64,000 nucleotides of DNA. It comes from Treponemataceae bacterium (lineage in GTDB: Bacteria > Spirochaetota > Spirochaetia > Treponematales > Rectinemataceae). This document shows positions 1 to 11,128 of the stretch, one piece after another (within the stretch, counting starts at the first letter, position 1; every line of letters starts with the position of its first letter). Position numbers and translations under genes: made by a program. The notes below the pieces were generated by a model. The model saw only the letters and a list, made by a program, of their open reading frames with translations, had not been told where the DNA came from and made no database searches. The stretch covers positions 64,001-128,000 of the forward strand of contig CAXXVZ010000005.1 in the NCBI GenBank assembly GCA_963678065.2. Reading direction: 5' to 3'.

Positions 1-961
1 CTTCTCCGGCTCCGGCATCGTCGCGCGATACTTCAAGCGACACGCCTCGTTCATATACGCGGGCGATCTCGAGGATTACGCGGAGATCATCAATCGCTGT
101 TATCTGACGGACGCCTCACAGTTTCCTGCGGCGGCTTATAAAGCCGAGGCCGCGAGGATAGCCCGACGGATCGAAGAGGAAGGGCTGCATGGCGGCTTCA
201 TCTCCGAGCTCTACGCGCCGGATGACGATTCCCGGATCAGGAAGGGAGAGAGAGCCTTCTTCACGACGAGGAACGCCCGCTACATCGACACGTACCGCGC
301 GCTTCTCGAAGATACGCCGGATGGGCTCCGGCCGTTCTTCCTCGCCCCCCTCCTCTCGGAAGTCTCGATCCACGCGAACACGGCCGGGGTGTTCAAGGGC
401 TTCTACAAGGACAGGACGACAGGCATCGGGCGCTTCGGAGGAAGGAAGGGCGACGCTCTCTCCCGCATCCGGGGCGACATCGAGGTGCGCGAGCCCGTGC
501 TCAGCAGATTCGCGTGCGGCGCGCGGATCCTGAAAGGGGACGCGGCCGAGACATGCCCCTCGATACCGCGGGTCGATGTGGCCTACCTCGATCCGCCCTA
601 CAACCAGCACCCCTACGGCTCGAACTACTTCATGCTCAACCTGATCGTGAACAACAGACGACCGGAGCAGATCTCCGAAGTGTCGGGCATACCGCGGGAC
701 TGGAAACGCTCCGACTACAACAGAAAACGCTGCGCGAAGGACAGGCTCGACAGTCTCATCGGCGCGCTCGACGCGCGTTTCGTTCTCGTCTCCTTCAATT
801 CGGAAGGCCACATCGCTCAGGACGAGATGGAGGCGATGCTCGCGCGCTACGGGAGTGTCGGAGTGCTCGAGAGGACATACAACACCTTCAGAGGCAGCCG
901 GAATCTCTCGGGACGCTCAAAACACGTGAAAGAGTATCTGTTCGTCCTGGAGAAAGCCTGA
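1..961 (+). CDS. DNA adenine methyltransferase (D12/N6 class), 5' end outside the window
   Basis: The frame is open from base 2 (FSGSGIVARYFK, SAM-binding motif I) into ORF 389..961, which has the catalytic YLDPPY motif. Confidence 0.85.
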   Translation, partial: FSGSGIVARYFKRHASFIYAGDLEDYAEIINRCYLTDASQFPAAAYKAEAARIARRIEEEGLHGGFISELYAPDDDSRIRKGERAFFTTRNARYIDTYRALLEDTPDGLRPFFLAPLLSEVSIHANTAGVFKGFYKDRTTGIGRFGGRKGDALSRIRGDIEVREPVLSRFACGARILKGDAAETCPSIPRVDVAYLDPPYNQHPYGSNYFMLNLIVNNRRPEQISEVSGIPRDWKRSDYNRKRCAKDRLDSLIGALDARFVLVSFNSEGHIAQDEMEAMLARYGSVGVLERTYNTFRGSRNLSGRSKHVKEYLFVLEKA

Positions 962-997
962 GCTGAAGGCCGGAACGGGATGAGCCGGCCCCGCCAG

Positions 998-2986
<1,989 letters not shown>

Positions 2987-2998
2987 CGCGAATGCCCT

Positions 2999-4093
2999 TT
3001 AGCCGTTCTTCTTCATAAAATCTTTCATGAAGTCGACGGAGACCGCTACGCTCTCGACCATGTTGGCGTTGTAGGTCGAGAAGCGGATGCCGCCCGTGGA
3101 GCGGTGGCCCTTCACGCCGACGATGCCGGCGGCCTTGGCATCCTTCACGAACTTGTCCTCGAGCTCTGGTGTCGCGAGGCGGAACACCACGTTCATCTGC
3201 GAGCGCGAATCTTTCGCGACCGGGGCGCGGTAGAATCCGCCGGATTCGTCGATCGCGCCGTAGATCAGCGCAGACTTCTCGTCGTTGATCTTCTTCATGG
3301 CCTCAAGCCCGCCCACCTTCTCGAGCCACTTGAGGGTCAGGCTGAGAACGTAGATCGAGAAACAGGGCGGCGTGTTGTACAGGGAGTTGTTCTCCGCGTG
3401 GGTGCGGTAGGACAGCATCGTCGGCAGTTTCGCCTGCTCCTGGGCCAGGTTGTAGAAGGAATCCTTCATCGCGACGACGGTGACGCCCGAGGGACCGAGG
3501 TTCTTCTGCGCTCCCGCGTAGATCATGGAGAACTTTTCCGCCGGGAAGGGGCGCGAGAAGATGTCGCTCGACATATCACAGACGAGCGGTACGTTTCCGA
3601 CTTCGGGCCAGTAGTGCCACTGGCTTCCGAAGAGGGTGTTGTTGCTCGTGAAGTGGGCGTACGTCGACGCGGGGTCGACGGCGATCTCGTCCTGGCGCAG
3701 GATGCGGGTAAAGGTTCCGTCAGGATTCTCCGTGCTCACCGAGTCGCAAGTCCCGAAGCGCTTGCCTTCCTTCAGGGCGTTCTTGGCCCAGGTCCCTGTG
3801 ACCAGGTAGCTGGCCTTGCGCCCGTCGAAGAGGTAGTTCATCGGAAGCATGAAGAACTGGGTCGAGGCGCCGCCCGTGAGGAAGAGAACCTTCCACTCCG
3901 GGCCCATTCCGGCGAGCTTGCGGAACAGCGTCTGGGCCTCGTTGTGCATCTCCTCGTACTCCTTGGAGCGGTGGGAGACCTCCATGACCGACATGCCGGT
4001 GCCCTTCCAGTCGAGCATTTCTTCCTGGGCAGCCTTGAGGACATCGAGGGGGATCGCCGCGGGGCCGGCGTTGAAGTTGATCACGCGTTTCAT
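2999..4093 (-). CDS. serC: Phosphoserine aminotransferase
   Basis: NFNAGPA, SVMEVSHRS, YAGAQKNLGPSG (PLP lysine), KGHRSTGGIR. ATG at 4093 follows an AGGAG RBS. Confidence 0.95.
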   Translation of the reverse strand: MKRVINFNAGPAAIPLDVLKAAQEEMLDWKGTGMSVMEVSHRSKEYEEMHNEAQTLFRKLAGMGPEWKVLFLTGGASTQFFMLPMNYLFDGRKASYLVTGTWAKNALKEGKRFGTCDSVSTENPDGTFTRILRQDEIAVDPASTYAHFTSNNTLFGSQWHYWPEVGNVPLVCDMSSDIFSRPFPAEKFSMIYAGAQKNLGPSGVTVVAMKDSFYNLAQEQAKLPTMLSYRTHAENNSLYNTPPCFSIYVLSLTLKWLEKVGGLEAMKKINDEKSALIYGAIDESGGFYRAPVAKDSRSQMNVVFRLATPELEDKFVKDAKAAGIVGVKGHRSTGGIRFSTYNANMVESVAVSVDFMKDFMKKNG

Positions 4094-4161
4094 GGGTATG
4101 CTCCTATAAAATGTCAACCGGGTGGTCGACACGAATCCGAAATTGCCCGGCTACGCCGGCA

Positions 4162-5250
4162 TCATGCGGTTATCCTCAGGGCGGCCCGCATGGAATCCGC
4201 CTTTTTGCTCAGTCGTTTATCGATCATGAGACTAGGATCGAAAGGCTCGTCAGCAGTCAACATGCACCAGATGATCCTGGAAATCCTTCGGGCGGTCGCG
4301 ATGATCGTTCTTCCCGTCCCTTTCTCGTGTCTCATTCTCGCGTAGCGTTCCATCAGTCGCCAGGATAACGTCTGCTTGCTTCTTCGCATCCCGAGCACCA
4401 GCTGGACCAATGCCGTCCGGAGTTCCTCGGGGCCACGCTTCGTGATCCGGCCGTAGTGCTCGGTGGTGTTCGAGCATTGGACCCATGGAACGAGGCCCGC
4501 GAAGGCGGAATAGTTCCTAAATGATTCGAAACGCCCGATGTCGTCCGTGAAGGCGCGGATCGTCCATGCCGTCACTTTGCCGCAGCCGGGAATCGTCTGG
4601 AGAAGTTCGACCGCTCGATCTTTTCCCGTCAGAGCCTCGAGCTCGCGTTCCACAATCTTGACGTTCTCTTCGAGCCGATCTATCGTTTCGAACAGCGGTT
4701 GGACCACGAGTCCGTTGTCCGCTCCTGCGAGGGTGTCCAGAATCTTCTGGCGCCCTCGCTTGCTTTGCAGACTGGCTTTGGAATCCTGCATCCCCAGCCC
4801 GATTAATAGCCCGTGAATCTGGTTCTTCACCGTCACGATAGTCCGAACCAATGTCGTACGAACCTTCAAGAGTCGTCGTAGCTGCTCACTCGCCTCGGAG
4901 CAGAGATGAGACTCAGGAAGCATGTCTTTCTCGAGAAACTCCGCGATGGTCGCGGCGTCGTGACGATCGGTCTTCTTCACCGATTCGTTGACGACTTTGA
5001 ACTTGAGCGTGTTGATCACTCTCACTTCGATGCCCTCTCGCTCCATCCTGTTTTTGAAGTACCTCGTATTGCCGGTCGACTCGACGCCCACCCGCACCGA
5101 CTGCCCTTCCTTTCGCCACACCCTGATTCGCGCCAAGAACGCTTCATATCCGTCCTCTGTCGTCAGGTACTTCCCGAAAAAACCTTCGCCCACGCGGGCG
5201 AACATCGTGAACTGCGTCTTGTGAAGATCAACGCCAACACTGATGCTCAT
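4162..5250 (-). CDS. IS110-family DEDD transposase/recombinase
   Basis: VGVDLHK, VESTG, KTDRHDA (DEDD RuvC-like domain) and a C-terminal TIPGCG...FAGLVP..QCS...GRITKRG domain. Confidence 0.95.
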   Translation of the reverse strand: MSISVGVDLHKTQFTMFARVGEGFFGKYLTTEDGYEAFLARIRVWRKEGQSVRVGVESTGNTRYFKNRMEREGIEVRVINTLKFKVVNESVKKTDRHDAATIAEFLEKDMLPESHLCSEASEQLRRLLKVRTTLVRTIVTVKNQIHGLLIGLGMQDSKASLQSKRGRQKILDTLAGADNGLVVQPLFETIDRLEENVKIVERELEALTGKDRAVELLQTIPGCGKVTAWTIRAFTDDIGRFESFRNYSAFAGLVPWVQCSNTTEHYGRITKRGPEELRTALVQLVLGMRRSKQTLSWRLMERYARMRHEKGTGRTIIATARRISRIIWCMLTADEPFDPSLMIDKRLSKKADSMRAALRITA

Positions 5251-5440
5251 ATCCTCTCCCCATCCGATATAGGTTCGATGCGGTGGATCGGGCCCATTCT
5301 CCTATTCGACCTCGCGGGTCATTGAATGATGCGGCTAGGCTCCTCATTCTCCTTACCGGCCTCGTAAGCCATAAACCATGACGAGCAATAGCCTTCCCGT
5401 ATCGGATCCCTCCGCTACAGGATACCCTCTTCACCTAGAA
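5251..5440 (-). ncRNA. Candidate bridge/seek RNA of the IS110 element
   Basis: About 190 nt of non-coding sequence upstream of the transposase, with two similar modules carrying 7-mers that match the element's junctions. Confidence 0.6.
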
Positions 5441-5466
5441 CCCGGTTGACGTTTTATCATTCCTCC

Positions 5467-6339
5467 TTAAATTCCTGAGTATTTCTTCATGCGGGCGACG
5501 ATGCTGTCGCCGAGGCGCAGGAGGTTCTCCTCCGTCGAGGCGCCGAGATGAGGGGTGAGGAGGACATGCGGGGCCGTCACGAGGGGCGATCCCTCAGGTG
5601 GCTCCTTGTAGAAGACGTCGGTCGCGTAGCCCGCGAGTTTCCCGGAGGCGAGGGCCGCCGCGATATCCTGCTCGACGACGACCTGACCGCGGCAGGTGTT
5701 CACGATGCGCACGCCGGCCTTCATCTTCGCGATGGCAGCCGCGCTGATCATGCCCTTCGTCTCGTCCGTCAGGGGCGTGTGCAGGCTGATGTAGTCGGAC
5801 CTGGCGAAGACTTCGTCCAGCGTCACCATCTCGGCGGCGTCGGAGCTCGCCACATACTTGTCGTAGGCTATGACCGTCATGCCGAATGCCCTGGCCCGCA
5901 CGGCGAGCTCGCGCGCGATCCTTCCGATGCCCACAAGACCGAGGGTCTTTCCGCCCAGCTCGGTCCGCTCGAGCTCCTTCTTGAGCCACTTGCCCTCTTT
6001 CATCGACGAGTCAGCCTCGGCGATGTGGTTCGGCATCGCGATCATGAGGGCGAAGGCCAGCTCCGCGACTGCCAGGCTCGAGGCCTCGGGAGTGTTGTCC
6101 ACCGCGATGTTCTTCGACTTCGCGTAGTCCACATCGATGGTGTCGACCCCGACGCCTCCGCGGATGATGTACTTGAGCGCAAAGGCCCTGTCCATCATCG
6201 CCTTGTCCACCTTGGTCTTGGACCGCACGATGATGACTTCCGCTTCCGGAACCCGTCCCATATCCTGAGTCACCTCGCCGAAGGGCGCGAGTCGTCCGGG
6301 AAGATCCGGCGCAAACGCGTCGGCCAACAGAATTACCAT
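5467..6339 (-). CDS. serA: D-3-phosphoglycerate dehydrogenase (short, SerA-like)
   Basis: D-2-hydroxyacid dehydrogenase motifs GLVGIGRIA, NTCRG, DVFYKEP and LTPHLGAST, in a DUF1015/serC context. Confidence 0.85.
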   Translation of the reverse strand: MVILLADAFAPDLPGRLAPFGEVTQDMGRVPEAEVIIVRSKTKVDKAMMDRAFALKYIIRGGVGVDTIDVDYAKSKNIAVDNTPEASSLAVAELAFALMIAMPNHIAEADSSMKEGKWLKKELERTELGGKTLGLVGIGRIARELAVRARAFGMTVIAYDKYVASSDAAEMVTLDEVFARSDYISLHTPLTDETKGMISAAAIAKMKAGVRIVNTCRGQVVVEQDIAAALASGKLAGYATDVFYKEPPEGSPLVTAPHVLLTPHLGASTEENLLRLGDSIVARMKKYSGI

Positions 6340-6474
6340 GTGTTCCTCCTTGAGCAGTCTATGCACCATCCGGACCGGGGTGCGCGCGAAGAGGTGTCCG
6401 TGATCCCGCCGGATCGCCCTCCGTTTTTCCCCGAACCGGGCTCTTCTGTCTCCGCTGTCCCTATCTCCGCTCGC

Positions 6475-7881
6475 TCAGGCCGGCGCGATCACGCGCGACT
6501 CGACGTAGAAGCGCTTCTCCGGCGCCTCGCCCATCGAGAAGGTCTTGCGCGGCATCACCCCGTCCCGGATCACGGTCCGGAAGAATCCGGCCTTGTCCAC
6601 CGGCGGGAGATAGAGCCCGAGGTTCCCCGGTCTCTCGGCCAGGGCCACGAGGCTCTCCGTCCCGTGGATGTAGTCGATGCTCGCAAAGGGATGGGCCTTG
6701 ATCCAGGGATCGAGTATTCCCTGGATCGTTCCCGCCGCGAGATTCGCTTCGGGATTCCCGAAGACGATCGTCCCGGCTCCCGACGCCGAGAGATAGCAGA
6801 TCGTGTGCACCTTCCCCTGCAGAGTGCCGTCGGGAGCGCCGGCAGGCGAGTCCACGGCGGCGAAGACAGCCGCAGCCTGCTTCCCGGCTTCGGTCCCGCC
6901 AGACGCCGCGCCGTCGCCGGCAGGGCGAACGGCGCCGCCCGCCGCGCGGACAGCTGCGAAAAAGGCGGCTTCGTCGACATTGAAGAGAACGCGGTGTATC
7001 GGGTGGAAGGGAAGCCCCTTGTCGTAGATGTTGACGAGTTCAACCAGGGCGTAGCGCCCCGGATGCCCGGCAAGGAACTCCGGCCTGTCCGCGTTCGCCG
7101 CCTTGATCTCTTCCCAGACAGCCTTGGCCGTCGCGAGCGAGTGGTTGCCGTCCCCGACCGCGAACAGAAGGACATCCCTGTTCCCGTAGCGGGCGGCATA
7201 CGCCTCCGGATCGGCCAGCTTATCCAGGGCAACCGCGACGCGGCCGAGAAGCGTGCGATCCGAAACATGCCAGCCCCTGACATGGCCCGAACCCTTCATG
7301 AGCTCGAAATCGTAGAGAACGGGAAGTTCTGCGCGGTCCGAGTATAGAGGCTCGATGAGACTCATCCGGGCATCGTCGACGAGCAGCATGATGTGGGGAA
7401 GCTCGAGGGGCGCCCCGCGGCGGATCTGCATGCGCGGAGGCAGACGCTCCACGATCGTTCCCTCCGTCGGCCGGATCAGCGACTTCGAGTCAACCCCGTA
7501 CCGGTACTTCTCGAGATCGACGGCGATCATGAGACCGACGCGCGGCTCCTTCTCGAAGGGAGTGCTCCTCTCCACGAGGACGAAACCCGGCTCCATCTTC
7601 TTCAGATAGCCGCGCGCGAGGTAGTCCTTCATCGCGCGCTGTATGGCCGCGATGCGTTCGGCCTTGTCCCTGTCCTCCAGGTAGCACTCGGGAAAAATCA
7701 GGTTCAAAGTCGACGGCGCGGTTCCGACTGCTTCCCTCACGCCATCCCAGTATGCACGCTCCGAGGAATACTGGTCGCAAGCCACAACCGCCCACAGGCT
7801 GTGGTCGACGCCCTCCGCGGGAAGACAGACCTCCGGCACCTGAACTCCGAGCCTGTCGAAGTCGGCGGTGTAATCGGTCAT
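6475..7881 (-). CDS. DUF1015 family protein
   Basis: WAVVACDQY, PTEGTIVERLPPR, AVGDGNHSLATAK and MPRKTFSMGEA; usual neighbour of serA/serC. Start reassigned to ATG at 7881. Confidence 0.85.
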   Translation of the reverse strand: MTDYTADFDRLGVQVPEVCLPAEGVDHSLWAVVACDQYSSERAYWDGVREAVGTAPSTLNLIFPECYLEDRDKAERIAAIQRAMKDYLARGYLKKMEPGFVLVERSTPFEKEPRVGLMIAVDLEKYRYGVDSKSLIRPTEGTIVERLPPRMQIRRGAPLELPHIMLLVDDARMSLIEPLYSDRAELPVLYDFELMKGSGHVRGWHVSDRTLLGRVAVALDKLADPEAYAARYGNRDVLLFAVGDGNHSLATAKAVWEEIKAANADRPEFLAGHPGRYALVELVNIYDKGLPFHPIHRVLFNVDEAAFFAAVRAAGGAVRPAGDGAASGGTEAGKQAAAVFAAVDSPAGAPDGTLQGKVHTICYLSASGAGTIVFGNPEANLAAGTIQGILDPWIKAHPFASIDYIHGTESLVALAERPGNLGLYLPPVDKAGFFRTVIRDGVMPRKTFSMGEAPEKRFYVESRVIAPA

Positions 7882-8063
7882 CTGGAGACTCCTTTTTCCG
7901 CGCGGACGATCCTGCCGATGATCCCTCTCCGGGCATGCCCGGTTCCGGATCAGGAAGATCGTGCCAGTCGCAAGTCCGATAATTCCGATAATAATGACAC
8001 CAAAGCGTCCATCAGTAAACCGGGATTCCACCTGAGAGCCTTGCCCAGGCCTCTCGCGCTGAC

Positions 8064-8360
8064 TCAGTCCAGCCTCTTGTCCCCGGGCTTTCCGGGCTTT
8101 CCAGTCCTTCCGCCGAGCAGTTTTTCGAGGTCGTATCGTTTCTGTCCGTACTTGAGCAGGGCCTTGTAAGCGAACCCGGCGCCCACCAGGGCCAGAATGA
8201 AGCAGACGAAAACAGCCACCGCGACCGCCCCTGAGGGGAGTATCTTCGCGAGAGTCAGCCCGTAGAGAACGAAAAGAGCGAGGAAGATGGCTGCCGTCAT
8301 CAGAAGGTTGACGAGCGTGGCGACGACGATGAAGAGCGTCGTTCTGGCCATTTTGTTCAT
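8064..8360 (-). CDS. Small membrane protein with two hydrophobic segments
   Basis: Start overlaps the lspA stop (ATGA); hydrophobic stretches. Confidence 0.65.
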   Translation of the reverse strand: MNKMARTTLFIVVATLVNLLMTAAIFLALFVLYGLTLAKILPSGAVAVAVFVCFILALVGAGFAYKALLKYGQKRYDLEKLLGGRTGKPGKPGDKRLD

Positions 8361-8992
8361 GGTTTCCCCTTTGTCTTGTCCGGAATGATACCGGAGATCG
8401 CCAGCAGAATGGCGCATACGAGGACGGAGGCGTCCGCCAGGTTGAAAGTCGGCCAACGCTCCAGTCCGAATAGTCCATAGAATTTGAAAGAAAGGAAATC
8501 GACGACGCCGTCAGGCCTGAATATCCTGTCGGCGAGGTTGCCGAGTCCCCCTCCGACGACGCCGCACAGAGCCCAGCGCTGCAAGCCGGTGAGCTCGCGG
8601 GACCTGAAATGAAAAACCATGATCCCGCCCAGCATGAGGACGGGAAAGAGGATGAAGAGGATTTTCCTGATGGACTCCGGGAATCCGTATCCGAGCGAGA
8701 AGGCGATACCGAGATTCCTCGCGTGCACGAGCCAGAAAAAATCTCCTCCCATGCTCCAGCCTATGTTCCCTTCGGCAATGGACGCGACGACGAAAGCCTT
8801 GAGAATCTGGTCAGCCGCCAGGATGGCGGCCGTGAGTGTGAGAGGCATGAAAAGTCCCCGGCGGTCCGGCCCCGCTAATTTTCCCGGAGGCTTTCCGTCG
8901 GGTTCCCCTCGGGGTTTCCCTGCAGGCCTCTCGGGAGAAATCCCAGAGGGAAACCCGGAGGGCTTCAGGTTCGTCTTCGCTTCGGTGGACAT
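8357..8992 (-). CDS. lspA: Lipoprotein signal peptidase II
   Basis: ADQILK, NLGIAFS, GGLGNLADRIFR, VVDFL and WPTFNLAD motifs. Confidence 0.93.
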   Translation of the reverse strand: MSTEAKTNLKPSGFPSGISPERPAGKPRGEPDGKPPGKLAGPDRRGLFMPLTLTAAILAADQILKAFVVASIAEGNIGWSMGGDFFWLVHARNLGIAFSLGYGFPESIRKILFILFPVLMLGGIMVFHFRSRELTGLQRWALCGVVGGGLGNLADRIFRPDGVVDFLSFKFYGLFGLERWPTFNLADASVLVCAILLAISGIIPDKTKGKP

Positions 8993-8998
8993 ACTTCC

Positions 8999-9760
8999 TC
9001 AGAGTCCCGTCGGAAGATCGATGAAGGTGGTCTTGAGGCCCGTTTCGGCGGCGAGTCTTTCAGCGACGGCCCTGACGCCCCATATCTCCGTCGCATAGTG
9101 TCCGGCGGCCATGAAATTGAGACAGCCCTCGACCATGTGGTGATAGATGGAATGGGAGGGTTCTCCCGTGACATAGAGGTCGATGCCGGTTCCGAGTGCC
9201 TGGAGGGCCTCGAAGGGCGCGCCGCCGGAGACCACCGCCACCTTCCGGATGAGGCTGGGCCCGGCGGCGATGAGGGTCCGGGGCCTCGAGCCGTCGGGAA
9301 GAATCCTGCGAATCGCCTCCTCCATGCCTATCGGTTCCGGGAGGGTCCCGGCACAGCCGATATCGATTCCGTGATACCGCCCGAAAGGTTCCAGGTTCAT
9401 GAGGCCGAGGAGGCGCGCGAGAACAGCGTTGTTGCCAAGCTCGGGGTGACTGTCGAGAGGAAGATGGCAGGCGTAGAGGGCCAGGTCCGATTGCACGAGG
9501 GCCCTGATACGGCCGAGCATGAGACCATCGATGCGTTCCGGCTTGCCCCAGAAAAGGCCGTGGTGGACGAAGAGAGCCTGCGCGCCCGAAGCCGCCGCGC
9601 GGGAAATGCTTTCGGCGCAGGCGTCGACGGCGAAGGCAACCTTGGTCAGAGGACCCGCGCTGCGCCCTACCTGGATTCCGTTGAGGGAATCATCCTTCTC
9701 GGCGAAAGCGTCGATGTCGAGGAGTTTCCTGAACCAGACATCAAGTTCCTTGATCGTCAT
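8999..9760 (-). CDS. Nif3-like dinuclear metal centre protein
   Basis: NGIQV, VHHGLFW, HLPLDSHPELGNN and AGHYATE. Confidence 0.93.
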   Translation of the reverse strand: MTIKELDVWFRKLLDIDAFAEKDDSLNGIQVGRSAGPLTKVAFAVDACAESISRAAASGAQALFVHHGLFWGKPERIDGLMLGRIRALVQSDLALYACHLPLDSHPELGNNAVLARLLGLMNLEPFGRYHGIDIGCAGTLPEPIGMEEAIRRILPDGSRPRTLIAAGPSLIRKVAVVSGGAPFEALQALGTGIDLYVTGEPSHSIYHHMVEGCLNFMAAGHYATEIWGVRAVAERLAAETGLKTTFIDLPTGL

Positions 9761-9772
9761 CGCATGAGTATA

Positions 9773-9818
9773 AATAAAAAGGGCTCCGCGTGGAAGGAGG
9801 CAGACCACGCGGAGCCCA
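9773..9818 (-). terminator. Intrinsic terminator/attenuator immediately upstream of nif3
   Basis: 13-bp stem GGGCTCCGCGTGG/CCACGCGGAGCCC followed by TTTTTATTT on the minus strand. Confidence 0.75.
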
Positions 9819-9823
9819 GGCGG

Positions 9824-9880
9824 TTATTGGCCGCCAATATGGAAAGAACGGAACGTTGCTGGAACCTTCCGGATGTCCAT
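9824..9880 (-). CDS. Putative 18-aa leader peptide MDIRKVPATFRSFHIGGQ
   Basis: Short ORF lying exactly between a consensus promoter and the terminator. Confidence 0.4.
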   Translation of the reverse strand: MDIRKVPATFRSFHIGGQ

Positions 9881-9892
9881 ATCAATGCCAAG

Positions 9893-9921
9893 AACATAGC
9901 CAATTACTTTCGACGTGTCAA
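9893..9921 (-). promoter_or_regulatory. Sigma70-type promoter
   Basis: TTGACA-N17-TATGTT on the minus strand. Confidence 0.65.
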
Positions 9922-10104
9922 GACAAACAATCCCGTTTGGTGCTGTTTAATCACATATATTGCATTTATTTGTCAAAAAATGGATCATTCTGCCCGATCA
10001 GACGTTTATCCACATGAATAGACGAAATTTCACTGTCTTTCGCATTCACGTGGTGTAGCAACGGTCCCTCTGCATCGTTATTTTACACCATGAGAGGAGC
10101 GAGT

Positions 10105-10680
10105 ATGAAAAACCTGGCCCTATTTGTGACGGGCAAACGAGGATCCGGGAAAAGCACTGCATGCCGCGTCGCCCTCCGTATCCTCGAGGCCCGGGGAATC
10201 CCGTGTTCGGGGATTCTCTGCTCCAGCGACAGGACCCCTGAGGGAAGACCTTACAGAATAGTGGCAGAGGACGTAGCGACCGGGGAATCCCGCCTTCTCG
10301 CCGAGCGCCCGATAGAAGGCGCTTCGGACTTCGCCTTCTGCCCGGAAAGCTTTTCCTGGGCCGGATCGGTCCTCCGCTCGGGAGTCGAAGCATCGCGCTT
10401 TCCGCTCTTTCTCGACGAGGTCGGCCCTCTCGAGCTCGTATCGAAGGGCGGTTACTTCCCCTTTCTTGCGTGGCTGGCTCAACGAGGAGCAGGGCCGATC
10501 GTCATCGCAGTGCGATCCGGCCTGGAAGCGGCGCTCCGGGATGTTCTCGACTCAGCCGGACCGGGACTCTGGAGGGTCGAAAGTATCGTGGTCAGGGAAG
10601 ATAATCGCGACCCGATACCGCAGATGATTGTGGATTCACTTTTTCGGGTTGCCGACTCGACGCAATGTATTTATAGTTGA
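10105..10680 (+). CDS. P-loop nucleoside triphosphatase (NTPase_1/DUF2478-like)
   Basis: Walker A GKRGSGKST and Walker B-like LFLDEVGPLE. Confidence 0.8.
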   Translation: MKNLALFVTGKRGSGKSTACRVALRILEARGIPCSGILCSSDRTPEGRPYRIVAEDVATGESRLLAERPIEGASDFAFCPESFSWAGSVLRSGVEASRFPLFLDEVGPLELVSKGGYFPFLAWLAQRGAGPIVIAVRSGLEAALRDVLDSAGPGLWRVESIVVREDNRDPIPQMIVDSLFRVADSTQCIYS

Positions 10681-10696
10681 GCAGAGGAGAGGAAAC

Positions 10697-11128
10697 ATGA
10701 TCCAATGGAACGCCGATCTGTCGCGCAGACTGAGTTGCTCCGGGGAAGAAAAAACCGGGCTCGTTTCCCTCATCAAGCGCTTCCTCGATCTTTCGGCGAC
10801 ATATCGGACCGAGGGCCTGACGGCCATGGAAGCCGCGTCCCGGAACTTCACTGAAGCTCTGTTTACCGCGGGCATACAGCTCATGGCCGAAGGGATTTCC
10901 GGCGAGACACTCGAGGACATCCTCGCCACCTATCTCGCGGTCTCCCCGGATACCGGCTATGCGTTCCTCCAATCCTGCGTCATCGCGGAGGGGATCGTCG
11001 GACTGTCGAACGGCGATGATCCTGCAGTCCTCGTGCGCAAACTCGCGGCCTATTTCGGAGCCGGGGACGCGCTCCCCCTCCTCGAAGAGCTGGAGACCGC
11101 CCATGGGACAGGAAGGGAGCAGCGATGA
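10697..11128 (+). CDS. Hypothetical protein resembling the MotA cytoplasmic segment
   Basis: RTEGLTAME...LFTAGIQLMAEG...LEDIL pattern; strong RBS. Confidence 0.55.
   Translation: MIQWNADLSRRLSCSGEEKTGLVSLIKRFLDLSATYRTEGLTAMEAASRNFTEALFTAGIQLMAEGISGETLEDILATYLAVSPDTGYAFLQSCVIAEGIVGLSNGDDPAVLVRKLAAYFGAGDALPLLEELETAHGTGREQR

Larger units (their letters stand above)
4101..5462 (-). mobile_element. IS110-family (IS1111-like) insertion sequence
   Basis: Transposase flanked by 18-bp subterminal inverted repeats (4106-4123 and 5440-5457, 1 mismatch), with CTCCT on both sides. It separates serA from serC. Confidence 0.9.

Noticed and set aside
1..961. Restriction-modification system
   Set aside because: Only the methyltransferase is visible; no endonuclease follows it and the upstream region is outside the window.
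8865..8965. Pro-Gly repeats in the LspA N-terminal extension
   Set aside because: Low-complexity extension, possibly upstream of the true start; no further signal.
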